DNA from: Octopus vulgaris
Taxonomy: Eukaryota
Assembly (NCBI GenBank): GCA_951406725.2
Contig: OX597841.1
Location: 20,274,001 to 20,338,000 of the forward strand
DNA length: 64,000 nt
Reading direction: 5' to 3'
Part shown: one piece after another, positions 39,505-53,866 of the stretch
How positions within the stretch are numbered: the stretch's first letter is position 1
Layout: every line of letters starts with the position of its first letter
Notes under the pieces: model-generated
What the model saw: the letters and a program-made list of their open reading frames with translations, nothing else
What the model was told of the DNA's origin: nothing
The model's database searches: none
Position numbers and translations under genes: made by a program

Positions 39505-40014
39505 TAATTCTTTAGCTTTCAGTTTATTGTCAAGTGTGAAGCTTATTCATTCATGTTTTGAAGTAATCTTGCATTAGCTCCAGCTTTGAGATTTTGATGA
39601 TACAATTTTATAATTTTCGAATGACATTGTAGGGTAGGTGTGAGAGGTTAGATCCAGCCAGTTTTTATTCTTTTATTCTTCTTTTGGATTTATTTCTTAA
39701 GCTTAGTACTTATTCTGTCAGTCTCTTATGCTGAATCATTGGGTTACGGAGACATAGACACACCAGCACTGGTTGTCAAACGGTGATGGGGGAACAAAAC
39801 ACACACACACACATCTAACAAGCTTTCTTCAGTGTTCATCTTTCAAATCCACTCACAGAACCCTAATAGAAAACACTTGCTCAAGGTACTGTGCAGTGGA
39901 ACTGAACCCAGAACCATGTGGTTGAGAATCAAGTTTCTTACCACACATCCATGCCAGAATATAAAACAGAATATTAGGGCCAGATCGGGCCATTTAAATG
40001 CTACAAGAGTTAAA
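39505..40014. mobile_element. TTAA-flanked MITE (piggyBac-like) carrying a nested SINE; related copies at about 3945, 5026, 19455 and 26105-26686
   Basis: Ends ttaattctttagc... and ...aaatgctacaagagttaa. The family terminus TTAA|CCCTTTAGCATT is clearest at 3945. Confidence 0.55.
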
Positions 40015-40098
40015 CCCTGCTTTCCAATGAGTGAAACAAGTAAATATAAAATTACTCTCAAAAAAACTAATATTTGTTTCTTTTTCTTTTTTTTTCAG

Positions 40099-40180
40099 GT
40101 GGATGTTGGGGTCCAGAGAGCAAGAAAACCATTGTTGGAAACTGGGGCTGGGCCTGGTGGCTCGTTACCGATGTCCAATG
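40099..40180 (+). CDS. FLOT2: Flotillin-2 internal coding exon (82 nt; equivalent to canonical exon 2)
   Basis: Polypyrimidine tract plus CAG acceptor (AG at 40097-40098) and TG|GTAAGA donor at 40181. Translates (G)GCWGPESKKTIVGNWGWAWWLVTDVQ(C), matching the flotillin-2 N-terminal segment GGCCGS...GGWAWAWW..DTQR. Not called in the ORF track. Confidence 0.93.
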
Positions 40181-41275
40181 GTAAGATTTCTAGAGTTTAA
40201 AAATTTTTTCTTCTTTTTATTATTGTTATTTAATCTGGCAAAATCGTTAGTACACCAGGCAAAATGCTTAGTGGCATTTTTGGTTCAAATTCCTCTGCAG
40301 TCAACTTTGCCTTTCATCCTTTTGGGATTGATAAGTACCAGTTGAGTACTGGGGTTGATGAAATCAGCTATACTTCTCACCCAAACATTCAGGCCTACAA
40401 AGGATTATTATTTTAGTGGCTGCTGTTATTTGATTGTGCCCATGCTGGGGCATCACTCACTGCATGTCAAATATAATTAAAACCAGAACACAACGGATAT
40501 TGCGATACACCTGTTTCAAGCTTTATAAACAATCCGTTCTTACATCAGTGTATTATTGATATAAAAGATGGTTTAAAGCTCTCTTCAGCCGCAGACATTG
40601 TTAGTCCAAAGAATTACATCACAACATAAAAGATATGAAAAGTACATGTAGTATTACCCATTATAATAGGTATATCATATCTCCCTGAGAAAGTGTATTT
40701 GGAAAATTTCCTAACTGTATAAATGTATAAAGATTCATTGGATTTCGAAAATCTGCCCATACTGTAGCACCAGTCAACATAGAGAGAGTGAATGTTAAAT
40801 AGATTGGAATGGGTTTTTTATTTAATTCGCTTGTATAAGATAGGAAGGAAAATAAGATAGGAAGGAAAAAAAAGGAGAAAACGAAAAATAGAGAGAAAAA
40901 AATAAACGTTAAAAAATGAAATAAGAAATAAAGGGCAAGGGTCCTGGAAGTAGAAGACAATGAAAGCAAAAGACAAAAATAGTAAAAAAAAGTAAAAATA
41001 AGGATAATAAAGTTAGAACCACAAATAAATAAGAATTGGCCAAATAAGAATAAAATAACAAAAAAACAAATGAAAAAAAAGAATTGAGACTATAAGGTTG
41101 AGTAAGAGATAAGATACTAAAAGGGGTGAGATTTTGGGTTTGATGGGATGGTAGGGGTCATAAATAACTTCTTAATTTGGAGGTTGTAATTTGATATTGT
41201 TGCGATGAATGGTCAGTTTAGCCACCACTGCTAGTAACTTATAAAGCTACAAGTTACTAGCTTTATAAGTTTATA

Positions 41276-41316
<41 letters not shown>

Positions 41317-41795
41317 CACACGTACTCATACACTATATATATAAGCTAACATGCTCCAGCTTATACAAGTATGCCTCATTATGCACAGCATTAAATACAT
41401 GGAATTACACACACATCTCCACACATATCTACAGTTAAACCCTAATAAATATATATATACACTACTATATCCTTAAGCATATGTACAAATATAGGTATCT
41501 ACACACACACACACACACACAACCACACGCATATATTTAATAATTTAATATACTATTCTGCAAAGATTGGTTTCCATATATTTAAAAGTTTTTTTTAAAA
41601 AATTGTTTTTTAAAAAGGGTTTTTTTTATCGATGACAAATCGAGTAGGCCTGTCATTAAGTAACTACAAGTCGGAGTGATGGATTATCAGTAAATGGAGG
41701 GCATTAAAAGGAAAGAAATAAAAGTGATAAAAGGAGTTTTACAAGGATCGTTTTTTATATATATATTTATATATATGTATATATTTATTTTATAG

Positions 41796-41853
41796 AAGGA
41801 GCTTCTACAGGACTAGAACTGTTTCATTCAAATGAAATCATCAGGAGTACCTT
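41796..41853 (-). ncRNA. Type I hammerhead ribozyme-like motif (probably Penelope-derived)
   Basis: Minus strand reads AAGGTACTC-CTGATGA-TTTCATTTGAAT-GAAAC-AGTTCTAGTCCT-GTA-GAAGCTCCTT. It has both core boxes, stem III ACAG/CTGT, a GUA cleavage triplet and an interrupted stem I. Confidence 0.55.
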
Positions 41854-41911
41854 ATTTACTGTGGTTAACCCCGACCCAACCCGGGACCTACATATATATG
41901 TATATATATAT

Positions 41912-41957
<46 letters not shown>

Positions 41958-42173
41958 TTCTTTATTGCCCACAAGGGGCTAAACATAGAAGGGACAAACA
42001 AAGGGATTAAGTCGATTACATTGACCCCCAGTGCAAAACTGGTACTTTATTTATTGACCCCGAAAGGATGAAAGGCAAAGTCGACCTTGGCGGAATTTGA
42101 ACTCAGAACATAACGACAGACGAAATACCGTTAAGCATTTCGCTTGGAGCGCTAACATGTCTGCAAGCTCGCC
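41958..42173 (-). mobile_element. SINE family 2 copy, well preserved
   Basis: Minus strand reads GGCGAGCTTGCAGA..GAGTTCAAATTCC..TTTGCCTTTCATCCTTTCGGGGTCAATAAA..AGTACCAG. Confidence 0.85.
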
Positions 42174-42176
42174 GAC

Positions 42177-42277
<101 letters not shown>

Positions 42278-42409
42278 GTGTGTGTATATATATATATATA
42301 TATAATGTGTGTGTATATATATATATATAATGTGTGTGTATATATATATATATATAATGTGTGTGTATATATATATATATATAATGTGTGTGTATATATA
42401 TATATAATG

Positions 42410-45400
42410 TAACAGCACACACATCACCTCGGTGCTCCTACTGAACATCAGAGGACTGCTAACACTCAGTAACAGGACAAAAATCCCTTTCTTGAGAGAC
42501 TTTGTTGCATGCAATCAAGCCTTATGCATAGCACTTACGGAAACGCACCTGAAACCGGACATAGCAGATGCGGAAATACTCATACCACAGTATGTTGTAC
42601 TACGGACCGACAGAAAAGAAAGGAGTCATGGAGGAGTTGCTATGTACATCCGTGAGGACCTCACACCCCAGGTCCTTTTGTCATACTCAAATTCGGTGTG
42701 TGACACACTAATTGTACATATAAGGCAACTTGATGTAGTTGTGTGTGCTACATATCGCCCTCCAGATGCCCCAAGCCATGTAGGCAAGTTTGAAGACTGC
42801 CTTACAAAAATAGAAGTTCTAGTCACATTAGAACAACACTTAAGTGTACTTCTTATGGGAGACTTCAATCTGCTCAATGTCAGATGGCCCGAAGGCCTTT
42901 CTCTCCCAGGAATGACACGATGCGAACAAGGACAGGTGAGGTCCCTCCTGAACCTCATCAACACTTTGTACATGGAGCAAATAGTACTCCAACCAACCAG
43001 GGCAGGTAACATACTGGATCTCTGCTTCACAAATAATATGGATCTCATCCATAATGTGAAAGTGACACCGACACTACTCTCGGATCACAACATGGTAGAG
43101 TTGACTATGTACGGGCCAAAGGAAACTATAGACATGCAGCCTATAAGAAACTCTCAGAATCTTTCCAGCTTGAACTTCCAAAAGGCAAATTGGAAACAAA
43201 TTGAGAAAGAGATCCTCAAACAAAACTGGCCTAAATGTCTCTCCTTGCCAGACATGGACATGAAACTTCAACAATTCATGTCTGTAATGCAAGCCATATG
43301 CTACAAATGTGTCCCAGAGAGAAAGGCCACTGTACACAAGAACAAAATCCCCGGAGAGAGGAAAATTCTAATGAGACAGCGTACAAAAGTTTCAAATCGC
43401 CTAAACAAACAGATTGAAAGCAGTGAAAAGTCCCGCCTAAAAATAAAACTGTTGGAAATTGAAAAATGTCTGCGACTCTCCCATGAAAAAGAAAGACCAG
43501 ACAAAGAAGCCTGGGCTATAGACAACATAAAATCTAACCCCAGAGCTTTCTACAGGTATGCCAAAGAAACAGCTACGGTGCACTGTAGGATAGGGCCACT
43601 CCTTGAAAAGGATGGCACACTCACAGGAAATCCATTGAGGATAAGTGAAATACTAAATGAGCAATTCAGGAGTATTTTCACTCCACCCCTAGGGCATTTT
43701 CAAGTCAGCTATCCAACTGACTTCTTTACCACTGCAGATATAAAATCAGAGGCAGCGATGATTGATTACATCAATATAAAGGAAGACGATGTAATAAAGG
43801 CTACAGATGAAATGAAAACAAACTCAGCTACTGGCCCCGGTGGATTCCCAGCAATCCTTCTAAAAGTATGTAAGAGAGTCCTAGCAAGACTACTGCAGTT
43901 CCTCTTTCAGAGCTTCCTTGCAACTGGCAAACTACCAAGAAAACTGAAGGAAGGTGAAATATGCCCTATTCATAAAGGAGGTAGCAGAGCGGAAGCCAAG
44001 AACTATAGACCTATCTCTCTGACCTCACACATCAGCAAGGTCATGGAACGAATAGTCAGAAGGAAGCTGATCACCTTCCTTGAAGAAAATAACTTGCTGC
44101 CTGACACCCAACATGGTTTCCGACCAGGAAGAAGCTGTTTAACTCAGCTCCTACAACACTATGACTGGGTGCTGAAACAACTGCTCAACCACTCAAATGT
44201 GGAAGTGATATATCTCGACTTTGCAAAGGCCTTTGATGAAGTTGATCATGGAATGATATGTCACAAACTGTCTGATCGTGGCATAGTTGGAAAATTGGGA
44301 GAATGGCTTCATGACTTTCTGAAGGATAGAAGTCAGATGGTAGTAGCCAATGGGGCCACTTCCATTAACATGCAAATAGTGAGTGGTGTTCCGCAGGGCA
44401 CTGTTTTGGGACCACTACTGTTCATAATGGCCCTCGCAGACATGCTCTCAGCCACGCAGAGAGCCACGATCACAAGTTATGCAGATGATACAAAAGTTTC
44501 ACAGGCAATACAGAACCCTGAAGACACTAAGCACCTGCAATGTGAGCTGAACAAAATATACAAGAGGGCTGAAAAGAATAGCATGCAGTCCAATGCTGAA
44601 AAGTTTCAAGCTTTATGCTATCAGCATGCAAAACTAAATGCAATACCCAATGAATACACAGGACCTGGAGGGATTGCAATCCCAGAGGCACAATCAGTGT
44701 GAGACCTGGGTATTTACATGAGTGATGATGCAACCTTTCATGTGCATGTCGCTAAATTGGCAATGAAATGTAGGCGGCTGACCTGATGGATTCTTAGAAC
44801 CTTTAGAACAAGAGACCAGGAAATCATGATGGTCCTTTGGAGGACACTTGTCCTAAGCCACTTTGACTATTGCTCTCAGCTATGGTCACCATCCATTGTC
44901 AAGTTAATCACAGAACTTGAGGCGATCCAACGAAGCTGCACGAAGAAGATAGCCTTTGTGCAGCATATAAGCTATTGGGAAAGACTCAAGAGATTGAGAC
45001 TATTCCTTAGAGCGTAGGTGAGAAAGATATGCCATAATATACATCTGGAAGATCCTAGAAAGACTTGTCCCAAACTTTGGCATCGAGAGTTACACAAATG
45101 CTAGAACTGGGCACCACTGCATAGTGCCAAGGACTCCAAATTTGCCATCAAGATGTAGGACAAGATACTGTGATAGCCTGGGCTTCTGAGGTCCACAGCT
45201 CTTCAATATCCTCCCGAAGAAACTCAGAGACCTGCATGGGGTGGATGCAGATGTCTTTAAAATGGAACTGGATCTCTTCCTTGTCAGGTGTCCCAGATGA
45301 ACCAACTTCACAGCAGGAGGTGCAGATGAGGGCAGCTGCATCGAACTCTCTCATGCACCAAATAGCAATTGCTAAAAAGCATTCGTGAAGTAAAATCATG

Positions 45401-45440
45401 TAGCAACACCAAATGGCGGTGCCCCAGCATGGCCACAATA
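42410..45440 (+). mobile_element. CR1-group LINE: nearly complete ORF2 (APE endonuclease + RT), 3' part disrupted
   Basis: 756-aa ORF with LNIRGL, LTETHL, YRPP, GDFN, LDL, SDH, NYRPISLTS, QHGFR, DFAKAFD, GVPQG and YADD. There is a stop at 44700 and later frameshifts. The 3' end reads ggcggtgccccagcatggccac. Confidence 0.93.
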
Positions 45441-45449
45441 AAATAAATA

Positions 45450-45468
45450 ATATATATATGTGTGTGTG

Positions 45469-45540
<72 letters not shown>

Positions 45541-46060
45541 CATATGTATATGCTTGCATATATATATACGCGCATATATATATATATACACACACATATA
45601 TATATATATACATGTATATATACACATATATATATATATACACATATATATGTATATGTATATATATATATATGTATATGTATATATATATATACGCATA
45701 TATATATATACACATATATATGTATATGTATATATACGCATATATATATATACACATATATATGTATATGTATATATATATATACGCATATATATATATA
45801 CACATATATATGTATATGTATATATATATATACGCATATATATATATACACATATATATGTATATGTATATATATATACACATGTATATGTATATATATA
45901 TACACATATATATGTATATGTATATATATATACACACATATATATATATACATATATATACACACATGCATATACACACACACATATATACACACACAGA
46001 CATATATACACACACAGACATATATACACACATATATATATATATATACATATATATTAT
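45450..46060. repeat. Compound (TA)n/(CA)n micro/minisatellite; similar tracts at 16743-17030, 42183-42410, 61290-61585 and 63693-64000
   Basis: Seen directly. Confidence 0.95.
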
Positions 46061-46423
46061 AATAAATTAGAGACAAAGTTGGATTCAATCTTAAATCTGA
46101 TTTTACCTTGTAAATTTGGATTTATTCCCTAATATTTATTATTATATACATATATATACATATATATGTATATATATATACATATATATGTATATATATA
46201 TATATATATACATATATATGTATATATACATATGATTGACCGCTAGCCACTGAAGCTTTATTCTCTCTGTTTATTTTTTCCTGTTCCTTTTTGTTGGAGA
46301 GCAGACACTCAAAACATAGAAGACTTTCCCACCTTACCACGCATTAAACTAATACACGTGTTTGTTGTTTATACACCTTTCTTCGTCTTTTTTTATTTTG
46401 CAATTTCCAACTATATATATATA

Positions 46424-49400
46424 CTAGCAGAATTGCCCGGCGATGCTCGGGGCTGAATTGCTTGAAAGTACTGTTAATGATTGCACTGAATTATGATGCA
46501 AACGTGTAAAACGTTTGCAGGTGAATAGGGTCTCTTCGTTTTCCACGAACGGCAGCGGATGTGCTGTTACAAAACTTCATGCTGTGTTAAAAGAGAATGG
46601 ATGCCCTATGTAGGCAAGAGGGGAATGAAGCATGGGTAAGTAAATATGGGTAATTTATAAAATATAGAACAATAGCATCTACTCACCATATGTCAGACCG
46701 GCAAGACTGTAGTGGTGCTGAATAGATGAATCACAACACAGTGGTGGAGATGTTTTCATTGATGGGCGTTATGATTAAATTTGTTGTTGTATAAAATGAT
46801 CTGTTGCTTAGTTTCCAAAGTGTATGTTGCAATCGTGTTGTCGCTTATGTAAACTTTAACAGTGAGAGTGTAGATGTAGGGGGTAGATGTGTCATGTACG
46901 TTGGATATAGAAGATGAGGCTGGTGGTTTGATGATGAATGGATAGAAATAGAGGTGAGCGAAGGACAGGTGTTGGTTAAGTGTGAATTAATGTCATGAAA
47001 CGCCTAAAAATGTAAATGCCATCATAAAAGAGAGTCGTATGTAAGTGAAATACTAACGTGTTCGAAAATGATGAAACGTAGTAATCCTATAAAACCTTGT
47101 ACACAAGGTTTTTTTGTTTTTCGTTGTGGAAGGAATGCGAAAGCATCACTGTTGCTGCCGATACGCAAGCAGCCAACATAAAGCTGACCATGAGAGAAAC
47201 ATGGCTCTCCCAAATGTATTCCCGCCACAGACAGTGTTTGACCCTGCACTTTGTTAATTGACATTGCGAAACATAGCCTTACTGGGAACTGGGACCTCCG
47301 AAATATGAAAGGTAGGTCTGCTCCTGATGGGAAAAGATGCATCCTAGGTATGAGCACAACGTTGCCTTGACCGCACCCTGTGATAATGGTGGCCTCAGTC
47401 AGATTGGGAGATAAGGACTTACTGATCAAACGTGTGCCATTGCATTGTTTTGGGGGAACCAAATTTCTAATGAGCATTATAGGGGCACCAACTTTAAGTT
47501 TGAGAAAGTGTGGTGGTAGTCCAGGGGGCTCAAAGGAATTGAGTACCTCTATTGGATAGTTGATGACGTCCTCTGGGTCAGGAGTTGTATCGATAGACTT
47601 ATATATATAGACATCTCCAGGAATGAGTTTTAGCATTTCATCATTAATATGGTGAACAGTTTTATTCCTCAGGGCCAGAATAGCCCTTTGGCCAATCCAA
47701 TCCATATTCTGATAATTAGCTTGTAGATCTGGGAACACTGCATCTCTGAGATCAGAAGGCGTTTTAACAATGGTACAAATGGAATTGATGGCAATATTAC
47801 CATTTTCATCCCCTGGTATTTTGCCTTCGCCAAGTGCAAGGAGGGTGTGAGAAAATGCTGCTGATGTGATATCACGTTGCATATGAGCACGCATATTGGT
47901 GTGAAGTTTGAGAGTCTTCACCAGTGGCCACAATGTGGATGACTTAAGACACGCACTTACTGCATCAGCTCTAGTCCCTTTGGGAATAACAGGAAGTGTT
48001 TGTCGGAAGTCCCCTGAAAGAAGAAGTGTTATGCCTCCCATGGGAGCTGAAGAGTGTTTGATGTCTCTGAGAGATCTATCTAGTGCCTCAAGAGCACCTC
48101 TGTGGGCCATCGTGCATTCATCCCAAACGATAAGCTTGCATCGTCTGAAGACTTCTGCCTGATCGGAGCTGTTACTGATGTTGCAAGTTGGTGTCTCAGT
48201 CTTCGCTAAGTCAAGCGGGAGCTTGAAAGTGGAGTGAGCTGTCCTGCCGCCTGGCAACAAAGTAGCCGCAATTCCAGATGATGCCACAGCTAGGGCAATG
48301 CCTTGTGTTCGCCTAATCTCAGCTAATATTAATTTGTTGACAAAAGTTTTCCCAGTGCCCCCAGGAGCGTCCAGGAAAAAAATCCCCCAGCTTTGGCCCA
48401 GACTGAATTAACAACGGAGTTGTAAGCGAACTTCTGTTCTGGAAGGAGCTTTGGCTCATTGTCGGCTATGTACTCGGCAAGCTTGTCAACATTAAAACAT
48501 GTTTCACGCAGCAAATGTGAAGACAGTGTTTGTGCCTTCCCGGTTTGTTGAAGGTAGGCCATAGACCGGCAAGGCATTACCGCCCATATCAAGTACAGTA
48601 TCTTCGAACGTAGTTTGTTACCACACAGCCACACGTACCCCTATGTATGTGTGTGTGCGTATGTGTGTATGGGTAGATATATTATGCATGTATGTATGTG
48701 TATATATATATGTGTACATATTACATGTACATCTATATATATATACATCTACACATAAAATACAAAATACAAAGTTATATCTTGATATCGCTAGTGATAA
48801 CAATACTCAAAATATATAACAGACTGGAATTGTAGGCCTGTCTCTTGCAATTTCGACCAATTGGATCTTGTCCTCCCTCTTGAAATTCATTTTTGGACTT
48901 TCTTCCATCGAAGGCATTTTAACAAAAATGCTTCCATAAAGACGGTGAAAATATTGTCAATTTTCCCAAACAGGGACACAATTCAATTTTTAAACAATAA
49001 CCAAAGCCCCTTCTCCGAAAGGGGAAGGGTTACGGTTTACAATTATTTAACAAATGCAACACAACGTTTCCCTGACGAGGAACCAACAAACGTGATTACA
49101 ATAGTCAAACAGTAATAATAATAACGACAAACCTTTTTAATTTATCCTCATTTATGTGAAACCACTTATTCAAGTTCAAGTCATTGATGCAATTTTATAC
49201 GAATTGCTAATACACACACACACACATAATAAGGGTGAAAAATTGAATATTGAATTGAAGACCAGTGGTGTAGCATATAAGACCATAGCAGATCTTCCTC
49301 TAGCAAAAAGGATGACCAGTATTAATGGCTCATCCGTGTTATATAATACTTTCACTTTGACAGTTTCACACTTGCAAAGAGAAAATAGGAGAAGTAATAG

Positions 49401-49627
49401 CAGGAATAAACCACTTGAAATGAAAGAGGGAAATCGTAAAATATTGAGTTTTTTCGAATTTTTGCTTAATTGGGGGTCAAATTGAAAAAACTTTTTATGC
49501 CATGAACCAATCAAATCTACTTGGAAAAATCATAGGTAAATTCTATTTGAAGAAATTCTATATTGTAGAATTGTATTAAAAAGGAACATGGGAACAGGCA
49601 GAGAAAATCTGCCTTTTATCATAAGAG

Positions 49628-49628
<1 letters not shown>
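46424..49628 (-). mobile_element. Helitron, internally deleted (PIF1-type helicase retained, no Rep/HUH domain seen)
   Basis: Minus strand has 5' A|TCTCTTATGATAAAAGGC at 49628, the hairpin CCCGAGCATCGCCGGG and CTAG|T at 46424, and encloses a helicase ORF. Confidence 0.85.
47022..48520 (-). pseudogene. Helitron PIF1-family (SF1B) helicase domain
   Basis: FLDAPGGTGKT Walker A just upstream and in frame, followed by ASSGIAATLL.GGRTAHS, WDECTM, GDFRQ, LKVGAPIMLIRN, CNGTRL, FAMSINKVQGQT and FSHGQLYV. It is frameshifted near 48380 and at the C-terminus. Confidence 0.9.
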
Positions 49629-49672
<44 letters not shown>

Positions 49673-49674
<2 letters not shown>

Positions 49675-50527
49675 AGGGTTGGACAAAATAATGGGAATAC
49701 CTTAAAATTCCAAACAAATTTATTTTAATATGGGGTAGCATCACCCTTAGCAGCTTGAATTCTATGAGATGTGTATGGACTCATACAAAGTTTGAATTGT
49801 TTCCAAAGGAATTTTTGTCCATTCTTCAGTTAAAACAGTCTCCAGTTCTTGTAGTTACTCGTTTTTCTAAAATGCACCATAAATGTTCAATAATATTGAG
49901 ATCTGGGGTCTGTGGTGGCCAGATAAGGTGTCTAACTTCACTAGAATGTTCTTTGTGCCATTCAGTAACAACTTTAGCTGTGTGAATTGGAGCATTGTCA
50001 TCCTGAAAAATTGAGTTTCCCTCCGGAAACAGTTCCGCAAACAGTTTTTGTGCAAACTGGGTTCTCGAGGTGGTCATTAAGCTCTGCTGTAATTTTGGAA
50101 CTCTACTTTTGTGATACTTTCTAACTATTCGTAGAAGAGTCCGACTGTCTCTATCTGAAAATTTTGGTTTTCTTCCGGAGTTTTGTTTCAATGAGGAGGT
50201 TCTTCCCTCTTTCTCAAAGGCTGTCATTACTTTCGAGACAGTACTTCTTGATGCACCAAATATTTCAGCTATTTTCATTACACCAATACCTGCCATACAA
50301 GCACCAACAATTTCACCTCTTTGAAAGTCCGATAGATCTGTCATTTTAATGAATTTTAATTAGCTTTTTCTGATGATATCTGAAAAGAAACAGCAATTTT
50401 AGCAAAACATATTAAGCAACACTAATAATAAATCAAAAAACATATAATTAAACAAGCTTTTGATGGTTTTATAGATGTATTTCAAAATTATGATGCTAGG
50501 TGTTTCCGTTATCTTATTCAACCTTTG
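49673..50527 (-). mobile_element. Tc1-family DNA transposon with internally deleted transposase
   Basis: TIRs TA|gaagggttggacaaaataatgggaatacct and aggtgtttccgttatcttattcaacctttg. ORF 49826-50344 has an HTH, GRKPK, QDDNAPIH and WPPQTPDLNIIEHLW, but the segment with the first catalytic Asp is missing. Confidence 0.9.
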
Positions 50528-50606
50528 TGTGTGTGCATCCATAGCTAGTGATGATATTAAACAGCCCCTCACTCATACATGCTCCCTCTGTTTTTCTTTG
50601 TTTCAG

Positions 50607-50821
50607 TATTTCGCTGGAAGTCATGACATTGAACCCTGTATGTGAAAGTGTGGAAACCCTAGAAGGTGTCCCGATTACGGTGACCGGGGTTGCACAATGC
50701 AAGATTATGAAAGAGAAGGACCTGTTAAATCGGGCTTGTGAGCAATTCCTTGGCAAATCCATCGACCACATTGAAAGGGTTGTTTTACAGACATTGGAAG
50801 GCCATTTACGAGCTATTCTTG
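50607..50821 (+). CDS. FLOT2: Flotillin-2 coding exon (215 nt), SPFH/band-7 domain
   Basis: tttctttgtttcAG acceptor and G|GTAAGA donor at 50822. Translates ISLEVMTLNPVCESVETLEGVPITVTGVAQCKIMKEKDLLNRACEQFLGKSIDHIERVVLQTLEGHLRAIL(G). Its phase-2 start fits the previous exon (TG+T=Cys). Confidence 0.96.
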
Positions 50822-51115
50822 GTAAGAACATTTTTTCAATATCTCTTCTCTCTTTCTCTCTCTTTTGACTTGTTTGTCTTTCTCCATTGGTTTCTCTCCA
50901 ATCTGTTTGTTTTCTCTCTTTTGCTTCCTCTTTCTCCCTCTCATCATGCCTACTAACGACTCATTACACTGATTTTAAACATCCCAAAAGCAATGGAAAT
51001 TATAGTTTAACAATCGCCTTTCTTTTTACCTTGATTCTCTCTCTCCATCTTCACTGCCCACCAATATGGCTTCTCTCCAACCAGTTCTACTTACGGACAG
51101 TCACCTCCACTACAT

Positions 51116-51151
<36 letters not shown>

Positions 51152-51582
51152 AGGCTGGCAATCTCTGTGTTATTGTGGTTGGCAGCAAGAGCCATGAACA
51201 GAGCATGTTTTTCTATTTCCTGGATAAGAATGGAATCTGTTGTGTTGATATTTTCTATGCCTGTAGAGAAATGAATTAAAATATGGTGTTTGCTAGATTA
51301 TCTTGCATTTATGTCCTGCAAAAAGTTTCTTCAAAAATAACCTGGTCTTCCCTCTCTATACAACTGTGTTATATACTTATTTCAGTCTTTTAACTCAGCC
51401 ATGCTGGAACACCACCTTAAAGGGTTTTTTAGTTGAAGGAATCAAACTTAGGACAGACTCTTTGTAAGCCTAGTACTTATTCTATCAGTCTCTTTTGCCA
51501 AACTGCTAAGTTACAGGGACATAAACACACCAGCATTGATTGTGAAGTGATGGTGGCGGGGGAAAAACACATACACATCAAA

Positions 51583-51621
<39 letters not shown>

Positions 51622-51761
51622 TGTATGTATATATATATATATGTATGTATGTATATATATATATGTATGTATGTATATATATATATGTATGTATGTATAT
51701 ATATATATGTATGTATGTATATATATGTATGTATGTATGTATATATATATATGTATGTATG

Positions 51762-51792
<31 letters not shown>

Positions 51793-51863
51793 ATATATAT
51801 ATATATGTATGTATGTATATATATATGTATGTATGTATGTATATATATATATATATGTATGTA

Positions 51864-51896
<33 letters not shown>

Positions 51897-52455
51897 ATAT
51901 ATATGTATGTATGTATGTATATATATATATATGTATGTATGTATATATATATATGTATGTATGTATATATATATATGTATGTATGTATATATATGTATGT
52001 ATGTATGTATATATATATATGTATGTATATATATATGTATGTATGTATGTATGTATATATATATATGTATGTATGTATATATGTATGAATGGATGTATGT
52101 ATATATATGTATATATGTATGTATATATATATATATGGATGTATGTATATATATGTATACATGTATGTATATATATATATATGTATGTATGTATATATAT
52201 ATATATGTATGTATATATATATGTATGTATGTATGTATGTATATATATATATATATATGTATGTATATATATATGTATGTATGTATATATATATATATAT
52301 GTATGTATGTATATATATATATGTATGTATGTATATATATATATGTATGTATGTATATATATATATGTATGTATGTATGTATATATATATATATATGTAT
52401 GTATGTATATATATATGTATGTATGTATGTATATATATATATATATGTATGTATG

Positions 52456-52486
<31 letters not shown>

Positions 52487-52530
52487 ATATATATATGTAT
52501 GTATGTGTATGTATGTATGTATGTATGTAT

Positions 52531-52583
<53 letters not shown>

Positions 52584-52823
52584 TGTATGTATATATATAT
52601 GTATGTATGTATGTATATATATATATGTATGTATATATATATATGTATGTATGTATGTATATATATATGTATGTATGTATGTATATATATATATATGTAT
52701 GTATGTATATATATATATATGTATGTATGTATATATATATATATGTATGTATGTATATATATATATATATGTATGTATGTATATATATATATATATGTAT
52801 GTATATATATATATATATGTATG

Positions 52824-52910
<87 letters not shown>

Positions 52911-53007
52911 ATATATATATATATATATTGATGATGATGATGATGATGATGATATACCAGTAATACCAGCGATTATAATTATTTTTATTTTATCGCAATT
53001 TGATTTG

Positions 53008-53047
<40 letters not shown>

Positions 53048-53427
53048 ATATATGTGTATGTATATATATATGTATATATATATATATGTGTATGTATATA
53101 TATATGTATATATATATATATGTGTGTATGTATATATATATGTATGTATATATATGTGTATGTATATATATGTGTATGTATATATATATGTATGTATATA
53201 TATATGTATGTATATATATATGTATGTATATATATATGTATGTATATATATATGTATGTATATATATATGTATGTATATATATATGTATGTATATATATA
53301 TGTATGTATATGTATGTATATGTATGTATATATATATGTATGTATATATATATGTATGTATATATATATGTATGTATATATATATATGTATGTATATATA
53401 TATATGTATGTATATATATATGTATGT

Positions 53428-53458
<31 letters not shown>

Positions 53459-53546
53459 TGTATATATGTATATGTATGTATATATGTATATGTATGTATA
53501 TATGTATATGTATGTATATATGTATATGTATGTATATATGTATATG

Positions 53547-53606
<60 letters not shown>

Positions 53607-53866
53607 TATGTATGTATATATATATATGTATGTATATATATATATGTATGTATATATATATATGTATGTATATATATATATGTATGTATATATATATATG
53701 TATGTATATATATATGTATGTATATATATATGTATGTATATATATATGTATGTATACATATATGTATGTATATATGTATGTATATATGTATGTATGTATA
53801 TATGTATGTATATATATATGTATGTATGTATATATATTTTTATATGTATATGTATGTATATATATA
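51583..53866. repeat. ~2.3-kb compound (TA)n/(TATG)n microsatellite
   Basis: Seen directly. A short unique island lies at about 52929-53010. Confidence 0.97.

Noticed and set aside
1-40098. Canonical flotillin-2 exon 1 (MGNxHTxGPNEALxxSG)
   Set aside because: Not found by eye. It is probably upstream of the window, but I cannot exclude having missed it.
46270-46330. Further hammerhead-like remnants (also near 27075-27105, 32365-32535 and 49070-49095)
   Set aside because: The core boxes are mutated or too far apart to fold convincingly.
47022-48287. Host PIF1 helicase gene
   Set aside because: It is intronless, frameshifted and enclosed by Helitron termini.
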